Positions 40,782-50,939 of a stretch of DNA of 64,000 nt are shown here, in pieces; positions within the stretch are counted from its first letter, which is position 1; each line of letters starts with the position of its first letter. A model generated the notes under the pieces. That model did not search any database. It had not been told where the DNA came from and worked only from the letters and a program-made list of their open reading frames with translations. A program made the translations under genes and the position numbers. Origin of the DNA: Candidatus Bathyarchaeota archaeon (GTDB lineage Archaea; Thermoproteota; Bathyarchaeia; Bathyarchaeales; Bathycorpusculaceae); NCBI GenBank assembly GCA_963707955.1, contig OY970176.1, forward strand, positions 1,536,001 through 1,600,000, read 5' to 3'.

Positions 40782-41315
40782 ATGTTTAATTACGTTGACG
40801 GTTGTGAAAGAATACGCCGTATGTTAGACACTTTCTTAGTAAACGGCATTGATGAGAATCACCTAGAACCGCTTGATGATTTGATAAAGTCGGCTCAAAT
40901 TGATGAAGTAAAAGCTTTGAACTCATATCAGCCCTTGTCTCAGCAAAGGATTTTGTTTGGGGCATTCATAAACATATACAATACAACTGAAGAAATGAGG
41001 GCAAAACTTAGAATTGCGCGTGCAATTCATGAAAATCCCAAGACAGTTGAACGAGCCTTAGAAATGATAGAAAGCCTATGTGTTGTTGCACCATACGTCG
41101 ATGAGTTCCTAACCAAGGGCGGCACAAAAGAAAGTGGTAGAATAGACGAACTTTCAAGAGCATTATATAGGAAAGCCAACCGCCTTGGCTTTTATCAGAA
41201 TGTTGAGGCCCAACTGAAGCACGCACAGATACGTGAGGCTGAGGTTGAAGCTTTTGCCAAGAAACTAACTGAAAACATCAAAATAGAAGTGGAGACCACG
41301 GATGAGACCTTGTAA
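40782..41315 (+). CDS. Hypothetical helical protein
   Basis: 177-aa ORF coupled (TAATG) to the PIN gene. Confidence 0.75.
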   Translation: MFNYVDGCERIRRMLDTFLVNGIDENHLEPLDDLIKSAQIDEVKALNSYQPLSQQRILFGAFINIYNTTEEMRAKLRIARAIHENPKTVERALEMIESLCVVAPYVDEFLTKGGTKESGRIDELSRALYRKANRLGFYQNVEAQLKHAQIREAEVEAFAKKLTENIKIEVETTDETL

Positions 41316-42109
41316 TGAGAATCTTGGTCGAAACATCAGTTCTGATTGGCGCATCTATTTTTTGGCAATGTGATGGCCAATCTGTAAAAGGATTCAGTTT
41401 CGATAAATGTAACGAACTACTATTTTTTCTCAAGGAACACCCTGAATTGGGTATAATCACTAAGACAATCGAAGATGAGGCTAGAAGCGTATTGGACAAA
41501 GCAGTCCTTAAGACAATTCACCAAACCTATTTCACTGATATTAAAGAAAAAATCAGAGCGATGACGATGCAACACGTTGTAAGTAATTATTGTCTTGATA
41601 GACTTGACAAATTTGTCGAAGAATGCTCAAGCAGATTACCAGTAGACACAAAAGAGCGTGACAGAATTAAGACACAAGAAATCGAACCATTTCTAAATGA
41701 TTTAGTAATGAAAACCGTACGGTATGTCCAACCTGATATTCCCTCTTTCATCAAGAGCAAAGAGATCAGAGAAGAGTTGACAGATGTAATTGTGAAGTCC
41801 CTACCATCCAAAGGCATTGTTTACAAGGGAATGCCTGCAGATAGAGACTTAATGATAATGGCAGAGGCGGCTTTCATTTGTCGAAAACTCAAAAACGAAG
41901 AGAAAATCTACGTTGCGTCAATAGATAATCATTTCATACCCAACAAAGTGCAAGTTGGTTCTTATCTTTCTGGGTATAAGAAATATCTGGAAAACGAGTT
42001 GGATTCAACTGTGCGAGACAGGCTTGCAGCAAAATTTGGATTCATAGGTGACGAACCTGTGAAAATTCTGGAAGTTGCTAAACAGGAAACATCAGAGCAA
42101 ACGACTTGA
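41315..42109 (+). CDS. PIN-domain protein with large insertion
   Basis: ILVETSVLI, ITKTIEDE, DRDLMIMAEA, YVASIDNHF acidic-motif layout. Confidence 0.7.
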   Translation: MRILVETSVLIGASIFWQCDGQSVKGFSFDKCNELLFFLKEHPELGIITKTIEDEARSVLDKAVLKTIHQTYFTDIKEKIRAMTMQHVVSNYCLDRLDKFVEECSSRLPVDTKERDRIKTQEIEPFLNDLVMKTVRYVQPDIPSFIKSKEIREELTDVIVKSLPSKGIVYKGMPADRDLMIMAEAAFICRKLKNEEKIYVASIDNHFIPNKVQVGSYLSGYKKYLENELDSTVRDRLAAKFGFIGDEPVKILEVAKQETSEQTT

Positions 42110-42158
42110 CAGATGTCTAAGAACTTCAACGTGCTTGAACTGTATCACCACAAATAAC

Positions 42159-42169
42159 GCAACAGTGTC
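42159..42169 (-). mobile_element. IS6-type terminal inverted repeat (right end)
   Basis: Minus strand GACACTGTTGC, one mismatch to the IS26 end GGCACTGTTGC; abuts the tldE stop. Confidence 0.55.
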
Positions 42170-42170
42170 G

Positions 42171-43568
42171 CTATTTGCCCGCTATTTGGACACCCTCAAA
42201 TCTGATGTAAGGTGTTATGCATCTGCCGGAGATTTGGGCTTTCTGGGAGATGCCAGAGATTTGATTGAGCAGACCGCTTGCTTTGTGACCTTTCGTGTCT
42301 TGGCTGTCGAGCAGGAAGCCGTTGGTCTGGCCGCCTTTCAACGGTGTTGAGAGTTCTCCTTTCTTGATGAGGTACGCATTTCTGATTTCGGACCCGAAAG
42401 AGGTGGTAACAGAATCGGAAGAAGCGCTGGACAGTTGCTCGAGATAAACACCTTCTTTTGTTGTTTCTATCATCTCGTCTAAACTCATGTCTCCCGGTTC
42501 GACGAGAATATTCGTTGGCTGCACAGAAGGCAGCATTGCATACTTGAGGTCAACTCTGGTGAATGCAAGTGAAAACGCTGGGAGCTTTTGGCCGTTCCCT
42601 GTTGAGTCAACGTTAAACACGGCCGCATACATTGCGTCGTAGAGAAAACTCTTGTGTATTCCCTTTTCGATGAGGGTCGTTCTTGATTGGGGTGTTCCCT
42701 CATCGTCGAAGGTCGACGACCCAAGGGCGTAATCGAAGACTCCATCATCGTGGACGGTCAGTTCCCTAGAGCCTACTTGTTCTCCTATTTTGAACCTGGA
42801 GATTCCTCTGAAAACAGAGGATCCAAGACAGTGAAAGCCCACTGTGCTTGGAAGTATGTTTCCGAGGATTTGAGGAGGAAAGATAACCGCTGTCTTCATG
42901 GTTTTCGGAACCTTTGCCTTCAATGCGTCCTCAGCCAGCTTCACCCATTTTGGAATCTCCTCGTCTAGGTGCAAGTCATCTGCTCTTCTGACGAAACGCA
43001 TTGGCCAATACTCTGCAAGCTTTCCTTCCTGTTCCGCTTTTAACGCTAGCTCGATGTAGAAGAAGGTTTCTCTTTTCTCTGCGTGCACTCCCTCGCTGTT
43101 GCGGATCAGAGTCGACACGTTGTATGTTCGAACCTTCCCGAACGTTGGCAGAACCGTTTCTGACTTTCTTAGAAGTGAAATCAGTTCCTCAGTCTTGTCT
43201 TTGACGACTGTCTCGGCGTCTGAACTGATCTTGGGGTCGGCGACTTTCACTTTCGGATACTTTGCGGGTTTTGGCAGTGTGTAACCTGGGTATTCAGTGA
43301 TTCTGGCTCCGATGGAAGCAGTCTCTAGACATCTCCTTATGTGCGCGGGCCGCAGGGAATTTCCACTTCCGATGCCGATGCCGACTTTCTTGTCCTTTGG
43401 TTTTATCACTCTGACAGCGTATCCTGAGTTTGTTATCGGACCCCTCACAGTTTCGACGTCGAAGTTGCGGAGCTGAACATCGTATTCTTCAGCGTTTTCA
43501 ACGTAGATGTCCCATTGGCCGATGCGTTCTTCTCTCAGAATTTTCTGGATCGAGTCTATTTCGCTCAT
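42171..43568 (-). CDS. pmbA: TldE/PmbA family protein
   Basis: FDDEGTP, LYD, STGNG, PTNILVEPG; no HExxxH. Confidence 0.88.
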   Translation of the reverse strand: MSEIDSIQKILREERIGQWDIYVENAEEYDVQLRNFDVETVRGPITNSGYAVRVIKPKDKKVGIGIGSGNSLRPAHIRRCLETASIGARITEYPGYTLPKPAKYPKVKVADPKISSDAETVVKDKTEELISLLRKSETVLPTFGKVRTYNVSTLIRNSEGVHAEKRETFFYIELALKAEQEGKLAEYWPMRFVRRADDLHLDEEIPKWVKLAEDALKAKVPKTMKTAVIFPPQILGNILPSTVGFHCLGSSVFRGISRFKIGEQVGSRELTVHDDGVFDYALGSSTFDDEGTPQSRTTLIEKGIHKSFLYDAMYAAVFNVDSTGNGQKLPAFSLAFTRVDLKYAMLPSVQPTNILVEPGDMSLDEMIETTKEGVYLEQLSSASSDSVTTSFGSEIRNAYLIKKGELSTPLKGGQTNGFLLDSQDTKGHKASGLLNQISGISQKAQISGRCITPYIRFEGVQIAGK

Positions 43569-44968
43569 CCTTGGCCCACCACTGCTTCAGCTCGGATGTA
43601 AACGCCACCGTCTCCGACCGGTACCATATCTTCATAACCTTTACCGCAGGTTCCCTGCTCCATGTCAAACTGGTCCTTCTTTCCTACGGCGTCTATTGAC
43701 GCGATGAAATCAGGAACGTTTTCAGTCAGCGTAAGCATCGAAAGAACTCTGCCCACACTTCCTTTTTCTATTACGTAACCCTTTTTGGACTTCAGCTCCA
43801 TTCCGCCTGCAAGCGGGTCCTCCATTCCTGAAAAAGAGCGCACGAACATAACGCCGCAGTCAATCTCTTCTACCATCTCGTCAAAGCTGCAGTCGCCTGG
43901 CTCAACGTACGTGTTAGTCATGCGAACAAAGAGTTTGCGGAGAAAGTTTTCTCTTCTTCCATTCCCCGTTGGCTCAGCTTTCATCAAAGACGCTGAGTAT
44001 CTCTCGTGCAGAAAACCCTTGAGAATGCCGCTCTTCAAGATGTAGTTCTTCTTGCTTCTAATTCCTTCATCGTCAAAAAGGAAGGAGCCGTTTCCGCCCG
44101 GAAGCGTTCCATCGTCACAGATGTTCAGTTTCTCGAATCCGAGGCGCTTGCCAAAATACGGCACCAGATACGACCTTTTCCTCACAATTTGATCAGCTTC
44201 ACAACCATGCCCAAAGGATTCGTGCGCAAACGTCCCCGCCATCCCTGGGTCAAGAATCACCTTGAAATGTCCTGAGGGCGGAGCAGAAGCTTCTAAGAGG
44301 CTGATTGAACTGTCCACAGTTTCCTTCACAGACTTTTCTTCCAAGTCCTTCACGATTTCAAACCCTGCAGTTCCTCCAGTGGACAGATAATCATAATCCA
44401 TCTTGCCCGATTCTCTGACGATCGGTAAGATTTGAAGAGATATCCTCGGAACGACCTGCCGCAGCACACTGCCCTCAGTGTTTGCAAAAAGCCTTTCCAA
44501 CACGGTGTCCGAGTAGTGAACTCTTGCGTTTACAACCCTTTTGTCGTGGCTCACGGCTTCGTTGTGAAGCCTTCGAACGTGCTTTAGTTTCTCTTCAACA
44601 TCCACTTCAGAAGGGCTGATCTTTACGTTCAACTCGTCATCCAGTTCCCAAGGCCTGAGTTCCTGCAGTTTGACAGAGTTCCTAGACAGGGGTTCGAACC
44701 GGGCAAGTTTCCTCGCCATTTCCAGTACGTGCGCAGCGGAAAGATCGTAAGTGCTTGTCTCTCTCCATTGTCCCAGTTTGTAAGCCCTGAGAACAACGCC
44801 CTGAAAAGATGCAGGCGTCGAAACACGTTCCTCAGCATTATCTTTAGCTACAGAGACACCTTCAGCTCTTTCACAGAGTACATCCGCGTATTCAACACCT
44901 TTTTCCATCGCCTCAACTGCTTTGATTGACAGTTCCTTTGCCTGGTCAGAAGAGATTTTATCCGTGAT
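43565..44968 (-). CDS. tldD: TldD family metalloprotease
   Basis: HESFGHGCEAD, DDEG, TGNGRRE, RMTNTY, CGKG; first ATG at 44908, frame open to 44968 behind GGAGGT. Confidence 0.93.
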   Translation of the reverse strand: MTDKISSDQAKELSIKAVEAMEKGVEYADVLCERAEGVSVAKDNAEERVSTPASFQGVVLRAYKLGQWRETSTYDLSAAHVLEMARKLARFEPLSRNSVKLQELRPWELDDELNVKISPSEVDVEEKLKHVRRLHNEAVSHDKRVVNARVHYSDTVLERLFANTEGSVLRQVVPRISLQILPIVRESGKMDYDYLSTGGTAGFEIVKDLEEKSVKETVDSSISLLEASAPPSGHFKVILDPGMAGTFAHESFGHGCEADQIVRKRSYLVPYFGKRLGFEKLNICDDGTLPGGNGSFLFDDEGIRSKKNYILKSGILKGFLHERYSASLMKAEPTGNGRRENFLRKLFVRMTNTYVEPGDCSFDEMVEEIDCGVMFVRSFSGMEDPLAGGMELKSKKGYVIEKGSVGRVLSMLTLTENVPDFIASIDAVGKKDQFDMEQGTCGKGYEDMVPVGDGGVYIRAEAVVGQG

Positions 44969-45132
44969 GAAACCTCCCCGAGACTATGCACGATCGTGAA
45001 TTTAAGGAAATACGCGATATCACAAGGATGTCCTGAAGCACTCTAACTTCCCCTTCCTTCTCACTTTACGTTATTAGCTGCTGATACAAAATGTTGGGCT
45101 ATTAAACTTTAATTACCTCTGAGAAGGCTATA

Positions 45133-46059
45133 TTGACCTCTCTTGGAAACCTAAGGCGTATGAGCGCTCTTATCAGCAGATACTTGGCGCCGTTAATCGT
45201 AGTTCTAAGCATAGCGTTGGGCTTCTCTCTTCCGCAGGTCGGAGTGATTTGGAAACCGTACCTGTCTGTTCTGCTGATGTTCTTGATGTTCTTCGTCGCG
45301 TTAGGCATAGAACCGAATGAAATCGCACGTGCGACGAGGAATTATTCAGTCATAATGATGGGCTTGTTCACAGCGTTTGTCATGGTGCCTGTGCTGGCGC
45401 TTTCTGCAAAACCCTTTGTCTCATCCATCGTTTACGCTGGGATCATTCTCGCGCTCTGCTGCCCATCTGCGATCGTCTCTGCTTTTTGGGCCAAGGCTTT
45501 CAAAGGAGACGTCGCCACCGCCTTAGTCATGAGCATAACCACAAACCTGCTTTCTATAATCACAGTACCCGCAACAATGCTGATTGCTATCGGCACAGCC
45601 CTCAATGTTGGCATTGCAAGCATGATGTTGAATCTGGCAGAAATAATCTTGGTTCCATTGACCGCCTCCTTCCTAGTGAGGGAATTTGTCCACCTTGACT
45701 GGAACAGAGCCAGCCGTTACAGCTCCAAAGCTGAACTATGCATACTTGCTCTCATAGTTTGGGGGTCTATCGCGCCAGGAGTTGAATACGTCAGAAACAG
45801 CATTGCAGAATTTGTATTACTGAACGTTTTCATACTTGGAATACTTGTACTTGCGTGGACATTGACCCATTTTCTCACCAAGGGATTCGGACATAAAAAA
45901 GCGGTATCACTTGAGATTGCGACAACAGTAAAGAATGCGGCCCTCTCCTTGGTTGCTGGCCTTACAGCGTTTGGCCCGCAGTTTCTCCCACCTCTAATTG
46001 CAAATCTCATCGCGCAAAACCTGCTGCTCATCTCGGCGAAGGCACTGACAAAAGAATGA
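45133..46059 (+). CDS. Bile acid:sodium symporter (SBF/BASS) family transporter
   Basis: CCPSAIVS, KGDVATAL, LEIATTVKNAALS; 8-9 TMs. Confidence 0.88.
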   Translation: MTSLGNLRRMSALISRYLAPLIVVLSIALGFSLPQVGVIWKPYLSVLLMFLMFFVALGIEPNEIARATRNYSVIMMGLFTAFVMVPVLALSAKPFVSSIVYAGIILALCCPSAIVSAFWAKAFKGDVATALVMSITTNLLSIITVPATMLIAIGTALNVGIASMMLNLAEIILVPLTASFLVREFVHLDWNRASRYSSKAELCILALIVWGSIAPGVEYVRNSIAEFVLLNVFILGILVLAWTLTHFLTKGFGHKKAVSLEIATTVKNAALSLVAGLTAFGPQFLPPLIANLIAQNLLLISAKALTKE

Positions 46060-46173
46060 CCAAGCGCACGCCATGCTGGCTCGCGAGCAACGCCAAAGAC
46101 AAAAAAAGAGATTGCAGGAGATGTCTTTTTTGATCTCTGAAAATGGTATATTGGGCTTCTCAGGTAATCATAT

Positions 46174-46584
46174 ATGAAGCCTCTATCATACGGTTGGCTG
46201 ATGCATATGAAGTCCAAATTTACATATGTTGGAATAAGAGTCACAAATCTGCAAAGGTCCATTGATTTTTACACGAAAGTGCTTGGCATGAGGGTTAAAG
46301 GTCGGGACAAGATTGACCAAACCAAAGGCGAAACCGTCGGCCTGGAAAGCGAGAAAGACGGTTTCACTTTGGAACTCAACTTTTACGAAAAAGACAGCCC
46401 GTTTAACACAAAATACGTTGTGGGAGAAGGGTTAGACCACCTTGCCTTCAACGTGGACAATCTAGATAAGGCCTTGGAAGAAGCGAAAAAAGCGGGATAC
46501 AAGACTATCCTAGAAATGAAAGCAGACGGCGGTCGATGGGCCTACATAGAAGACCCAGACGGAATCTGGGTCGAACTCTTCTAG
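46174..46584 (+). CDS. VOC/glyoxalase family protein
   Basis: IRVTNLQRSIDFY, LELNFY, HLAF, EDPDGIWVEL. Confidence 0.93.
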   Translation: MKPLSYGWLMHMKSKFTYVGIRVTNLQRSIDFYTKVLGMRVKGRDKIDQTKGETVGLESEKDGFTLELNFYEKDSPFNTKYVVGEGLDHLAFNVDNLDKALEEAKKAGYKTILEMKADGGRWAYIEDPDGIWVELF

Positions 46585-46812
46585 AACCTTAAAGCGAACC
46601 AGACCTCTAGTTCCCGTTATACGTCTTTGGTCCAACGCAAAAGAACTTCAATTTGCCGCGCCCATTTGCAGACGATGCCCTCGTGTTTTGCCACCTCCTA
46701 TCATTATATCAAGAAAAGCTTAGGCGCACTGGCTTGTTCCTAAATTCCCTTTTTCCAGTTGTGGAGCTGAGTTTTGCGATCCAAAATACACTCGCATGCA
46801 CGCTAATTGGGG

Positions 46813-47448
46813 CTACCAGTGTTTATGCCAAGCGCGGAAGAGAAAGGGCAAGCTTAGGTTTGCAAGTTTTTGAGCTGCGAGTGATAGAAATATTCCGCCA
46901 ACAACATCTGTCAAATAGTGTGCCTCGAGAATGACTCTGCTCAGAGAAACTATCGATATGGCTATTACCGCTAGCGATTGTCTGGTTTTGCTTCCCTTCG
47001 CCAGATTCAAGAATCCGCCTGTGGCTCTGGAGACATGGCCAGAAGGATATGAAAAGGAGGAAAAAAGGTTCTCATCATTGTCACTCATACCTGAACAGTT
47101 TGGTCTCGGACGCGCGAAAGCCACTTGTAAGAAGGAAGTAAGTGCTGTCGTTATAACCAAGAAAACCACAAGTTCAGTTGCGGAACCAAGATGTTTTCTT
47201 GACTTAAAACATGCGTAGAGCAAATAGACTGATGTGAGAACGGCCCAAAAGTAGAAATCACCTAGGTACGTCAAGACCTGGAAGGCTTGAAGCCCTATCG
47301 TTCTTTGGGTGAAATTGTGAAGGTCTAGTACAATTTTGCACTCTGGTTGATTCAACGGCAAGAAGACAACAAACAGGCCGATCACTATGGTTATGATTAG
47401 GTAGACAACCGTTAAGACGTAAGGTCTCTTCAAGCAGAAACTGTTCAT
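46813..47448 (-). CDS. PAP2-family phosphatase
   Basis: RPRP, SYPSGH, SRVILEAHYLTDV. Confidence 0.9.
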   Translation of the reverse strand: MNSFCLKRPYVLTVVYLIITIVIGLFVVFLPLNQPECKIVLDLHNFTQRTIGLQAFQVLTYLGDFYFWAVLTSVYLLYACFKSRKHLGSATELVVFLVITTALTSFLQVAFARPRPNCSGMSDNDENLFSSFSYPSGHVSRATGGFLNLAKGSKTRQSLAVIAISIVSLSRVILEAHYLTDVVGGIFLSLAAQKLANLSLPFLFRAWHKHW

Positions 47449-47600
47449 ATGATCCTGCTCTTGGCAGAATGGCAGATTCGGGGTTTAAACATTTTCTCTT
47501 GGCTTGCGCGCGCTTACTTTTTGCAGAATAAACCTTCCAAGCAGTAGACTGTAAGTTTCTCTTTTTCTGCAAAATTCTCCTGCCATCAAGGTCGAAAACA

Positions 47601-47654
47601 TTTAGGTATGCCTAAAAGTTTATATGAGCCCGTGAGGAAGTTAGGTGTGCCTAA
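47601..47654. promoter_or_regulatory. Two DtxR/MntR-type operators flanking the TATA box
   Basis: TTTAGGTATGCCTAAA (47601-16) and TTAGGTGTGCCTAA (47641-54) around TTTATAT. Confidence 0.85.
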
Positions 47655-47660
47655 AAAACG

Positions 47661-48386
47661 GTGAAACGAATGTCCAGCAAAAGCATTGAAGACTATCTGA
47701 AGGCGATTTACATTCTTTCTCTGAACGGAAAATCCACATCCACAACCGAGATTTCAGAACATTTGAATGTTGCCCCTGCAAGTGTTACGGAGATGCTGAA
47801 GAAGCTTGCCAAAAAGGGTTACGTGAGATATTCACCGTATCGCGGTGCCCAACTTACTCGCAAGGGTTTTCAAGTCGCCGAGAAAGTCACGAGAAAGCAT
47901 AGGCTGCTGGAACGGTTTCTGCATGATGTCCTAAGAATAAGGGAGGACAAAGTTCACTCAGAAGCATGCGAGATGGAACACGCTCTGTCTGATGAAGCGG
48001 AAGAGTCTCTTTGCCGGTTTCTCAAGCACCCTGACCTGTGTCCGGACGACAGCAAGATTATTCCAGCGTGCGATCTGCCCTTTTCGACGTGCGAGGAATG
48101 CATAGAACTGCACAAGAAGGATCTCGAGGAGTCAGGAAGACGCCAGCAGATCCCTGTCTCGATAAGCCAACTCAAGAAGGGCGAACGCGGCAAAGTATCC
48201 TTCATACGAGGAGAGCACAAGGTTCTGCAAAGGCTGTCTGACATGGGTCTAACCCCTGGCACAGAGGTGACTGTTGTGAAGTCAGCCCCGTTTCACGGTC
48301 CCCTAGAGATCCTCGTAAGAGGTTCAAGACTGGCCCTCGGCAGAGGCATGACCGAGATAATCTTCGTCGAGGCTGAAAAGGCGTGA
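47661..48386 (+). CDS. DtxR/IdeR-family metal-dependent repressor with C-terminal FeoA domain
   Basis: EDYLKAIY, SVTEMLKKL, RKHRLLERFL, ACEMEH; RLSDMGLTPG...GPL...RGSRLALG. Confidence 0.94.
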   Translation: MKRMSSKSIEDYLKAIYILSLNGKSTSTTEISEHLNVAPASVTEMLKKLAKKGYVRYSPYRGAQLTRKGFQVAEKVTRKHRLLERFLHDVLRIREDKVHSEACEMEHALSDEAEESLCRFLKHPDLCPDDSKIIPACDLPFSTCEECIELHKKDLEESGRRQQIPVSISQLKKGERGKVSFIRGEHKVLQRLSDMGLTPGTEVTVVKSAPFHGPLEILVRGSRLALGRGMTEIIFVEAEKA

Positions 48387-50314
48387 CCCAGAAGAAACTG
48401 ATCATCGCCTTGGCCGGAAACGCAAACGTCGGAAAATCCGTCATATTCAACTATTTGACCGGTTTGCATCAGCACATCGGGAACTGGCCTGGGAAAACCG
48501 TTGAAAGGGCAGAGGGAACCCTCAGCTTCAAAGGCTACACCATAGACATAGTTGATCTTCCAGGCATATACTCTCTTTCCACCTATTCTCTGGAGGAACT
48601 CGTATCCAGAAAATACATAGCGGTTGAGAGGCCCGACCTCGTGATAAATGTCGTGGATGCCTCGGTCCTCGAGAGAAACCTGTTCTTCACCCTGCAGTTG
48701 GTGGAACTCGAGACTCCAATGATCGTGGCTTTGAATCAGGTGGACATCGCTAAGAGGAAGGGCATAGAAATCGACACTGAGAAGCTGGAGCAGCTACTGG
48801 GAGTGCCAGTGGTACAAACCGTTGCCACAAAAGGAGTGGGCATATCTCAACTTCTGGAAATGGCGATTAAGGTCATCGAAAAGGGACAGACCACGAGACG
48901 CGAGGTGAGGTACGGGGAGGAAGTCGAAGAAAGAATTGCAAAGATCACCGAAGCGCTTCAAGGCGTTCAATTCTACTATCCGAGGAGATACGTGGCAATC
49001 AAACTGCTGGAGGGTGACGAGGAGATCGCAAGAGAGATCGCCAAACTGGCCCCTCAGGCTTTGAACACAGCAAAAGAGCTTGCTGGCGAAATCGAAAATC
49101 TCCACGGCCACGCGTGCTCAACTGTAATAACCTCCGAGCGGTACGAAGTCGCTGGCAGCGTTGCCCGACAAGCTCAGAACTCTGTGCCCCCGCTGAAACC
49201 AACTGCGCAGGAGAGACTTCACAACCTCACAACCCACAGAATCGCAGGATACCTAATCATGGTTTCTTCGCTGCTTCTGATTTTTTTCGCAATCTTCACC
49301 TTCGGGAATTACACCTCAGACCTTCTGAGCAACCTCCTTAACAGACTGGAGCCCCTGTCCACGAACCTGTTTGGAACAGGAATCGTGGGTAGCCTCGTCT
49401 GGGGCGGCGTCGCAGAGGGGCTCATAGCAGGCGTGACTGTGGCCCTGCCCTACATAATCCCGTTCTACATCATGCTGTACTTCCTAGAGGACTCAGGTTA
49501 CCTGAGCCGGATAGCCTTTCTCATGGACAACGCTATGCACAAGATAGGGCTGCACGGAAAAGCGTTCATTCCAATGATGCTTGGCTACGGCTGCAACGTT
49601 CCTGCGTGCCTCGGTTGTAGGATAATGGAAACGAAAAGAGAAAGGACCCTCGCCGCGTTTGTGACGACGCTCGTGCCGTGTGCCGCGCGCACGGTCATCA
49701 TACTGGGTCTTGTGGGACATTTCCTTGGTATTCAATGGGCCTTAGCCCTCTATGTCTTCAACTTGGTGGTCATCTTCGCGCTCGGACGGTTGGCTTTCAG
49801 AGTCATGCCAGGTGAGCCAACCGCTCTTATAATGGAGATGGCTGATTACAGGATGCCGCAACCTAAGACTGTGTTGAAGGAGACCTGGTTCAGGTTGGCC
49901 GAGTTCATAAAGATAGCTTTTCCATTGATAATTGCCGGGAGCCTTGTGATAAAGGCCGCGGATGTTTTTGGCTTGTTGAACCCAGTTGCAAACCTGCTCA
50001 GCCCCGTCACTGTCGCTTGGCTCGGATTGCCGGTTATCACGGGCATAACGTTGATATTCGGTGTGTTGAGGAAGGAGTTATCGCTGATTTTGCTGGCCGC
50101 CCTTCTTGCGCCGGTGGGCTTGCAGGCTTTGACGCCTATTCAGATGGTCGTCTTCACCCTGGTGGCAATGTTTTACATACCCTGTGTAGCGACTATCTCC
50201 GCCTTGGTCAGAGAGCTTGGCGGGAAGAAAGCCCTGTTCATAACTCTGTTTGAAATAGCTTTTGCAATAATTCTAGGCGGAGTCGCATTAAGAGTGCTGA
50301 CGCTGGTCACTTGA
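48383..50314 (+). CDS. feoB: Ferrous iron transporter B
   Basis: [38 protein letters not shown]. Confidence 0.97.
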   Translation: MTQKKLIIALAGNANVGKSVIFNYLTGLHQHIGNWPGKTVERAEGTLSFKGYTIDIVDLPGIYSLSTYSLEELVSRKYIAVERPDLVINVVDASVLERNLFFTLQLVELETPMIVALNQVDIAKRKGIEIDTEKLEQLLGVPVVQTVATKGVGISQLLEMAIKVIEKGQTTRREVRYGEEVEERIAKITEALQGVQFYYPRRYVAIKLLEGDEEIAREIAKLAPQALNTAKELAGEIENLHGHACSTVITSERYEVAGSVARQAQNSVPPLKPTAQERLHNLTTHRIAGYLIMVSSLLLIFFAIFTFGNYTSDLLSNLLNRLEPLSTNLFGTGIVGSLVWGGVAEGLIAGVTVALPYIIPFYIMLYFLEDSGYLSRIAFLMDNAMHKIGLHGKAFIPMMLGYGCNVPACLGCRIMETKRERTLAAFVTTLVPCAARTVIILGLVGHFLGIQWALALYVFNLVVIFALGRLAFRVMPGEPTALIMEMADYRMPQPKTVLKETWFRLAEFIKIAFPLIIAGSLVIKAADVFGLLNPVANLLSPVTVAWLGLPVITGITLIFGVLRKELSLILLAALLAPVGLQALTPIQMVVFTLVAMFYIPCVATISALVRELGGKKALFITLFEIAFAIILGGVALRVLTLVT

Positions 50315-50939
50315 CAGCGCGTGCAGTTCATCTAGTCCCCTTGGATGTTTGTTCATCCAATCCACAGCAAACGATTCCGCTTTTGATTCTGTCGGAAACT
50401 CAGGCGATATTTTCTTTCTTTCATCATCCCGCGCGCTAAAAAGGAAAAGACAAATGGGTTATAGATGTCAAAACTGGAGAAAAACCGGGAATTGGAATCT
50501 GCAATTTTGAGAAAATGCTACAAGTGAAGGGATTCAACAAAGTAGTTTTTGCGCGCGCTTCATAACAATCAGAGTTCGTTCCATATGCGCTTTCTCTTGA
50601 ATCGAGTCTGCAAATTCGTTGAGTGAGTTCTGGTCAATCTCCATGGCTGACACCATATTATTGCTATGAACCTTTCCTTTTCAGAGTTTTGCATCCTCAA
50701 CAATTCGCGCGGTTTCGGGTCTTTTAGGTTTTACTGAGGGGTCTGTTAACTAGCAAGTCTTTTTCTGGAGCTATAACATACACGTCGCTTCAGTAAACAT
50801 GTGGGATAGCCTTGAGACATCTTAATCTGCACGTGGAAACGGCGTTGAACAGGAAACGGAAACCGTCGCGAGTCTGAAGCGACGCCAGCTATGCACAGCT
50901 ATATATTTCAGAGTCTAAGAATTCTAGTGAGGTTCAACT

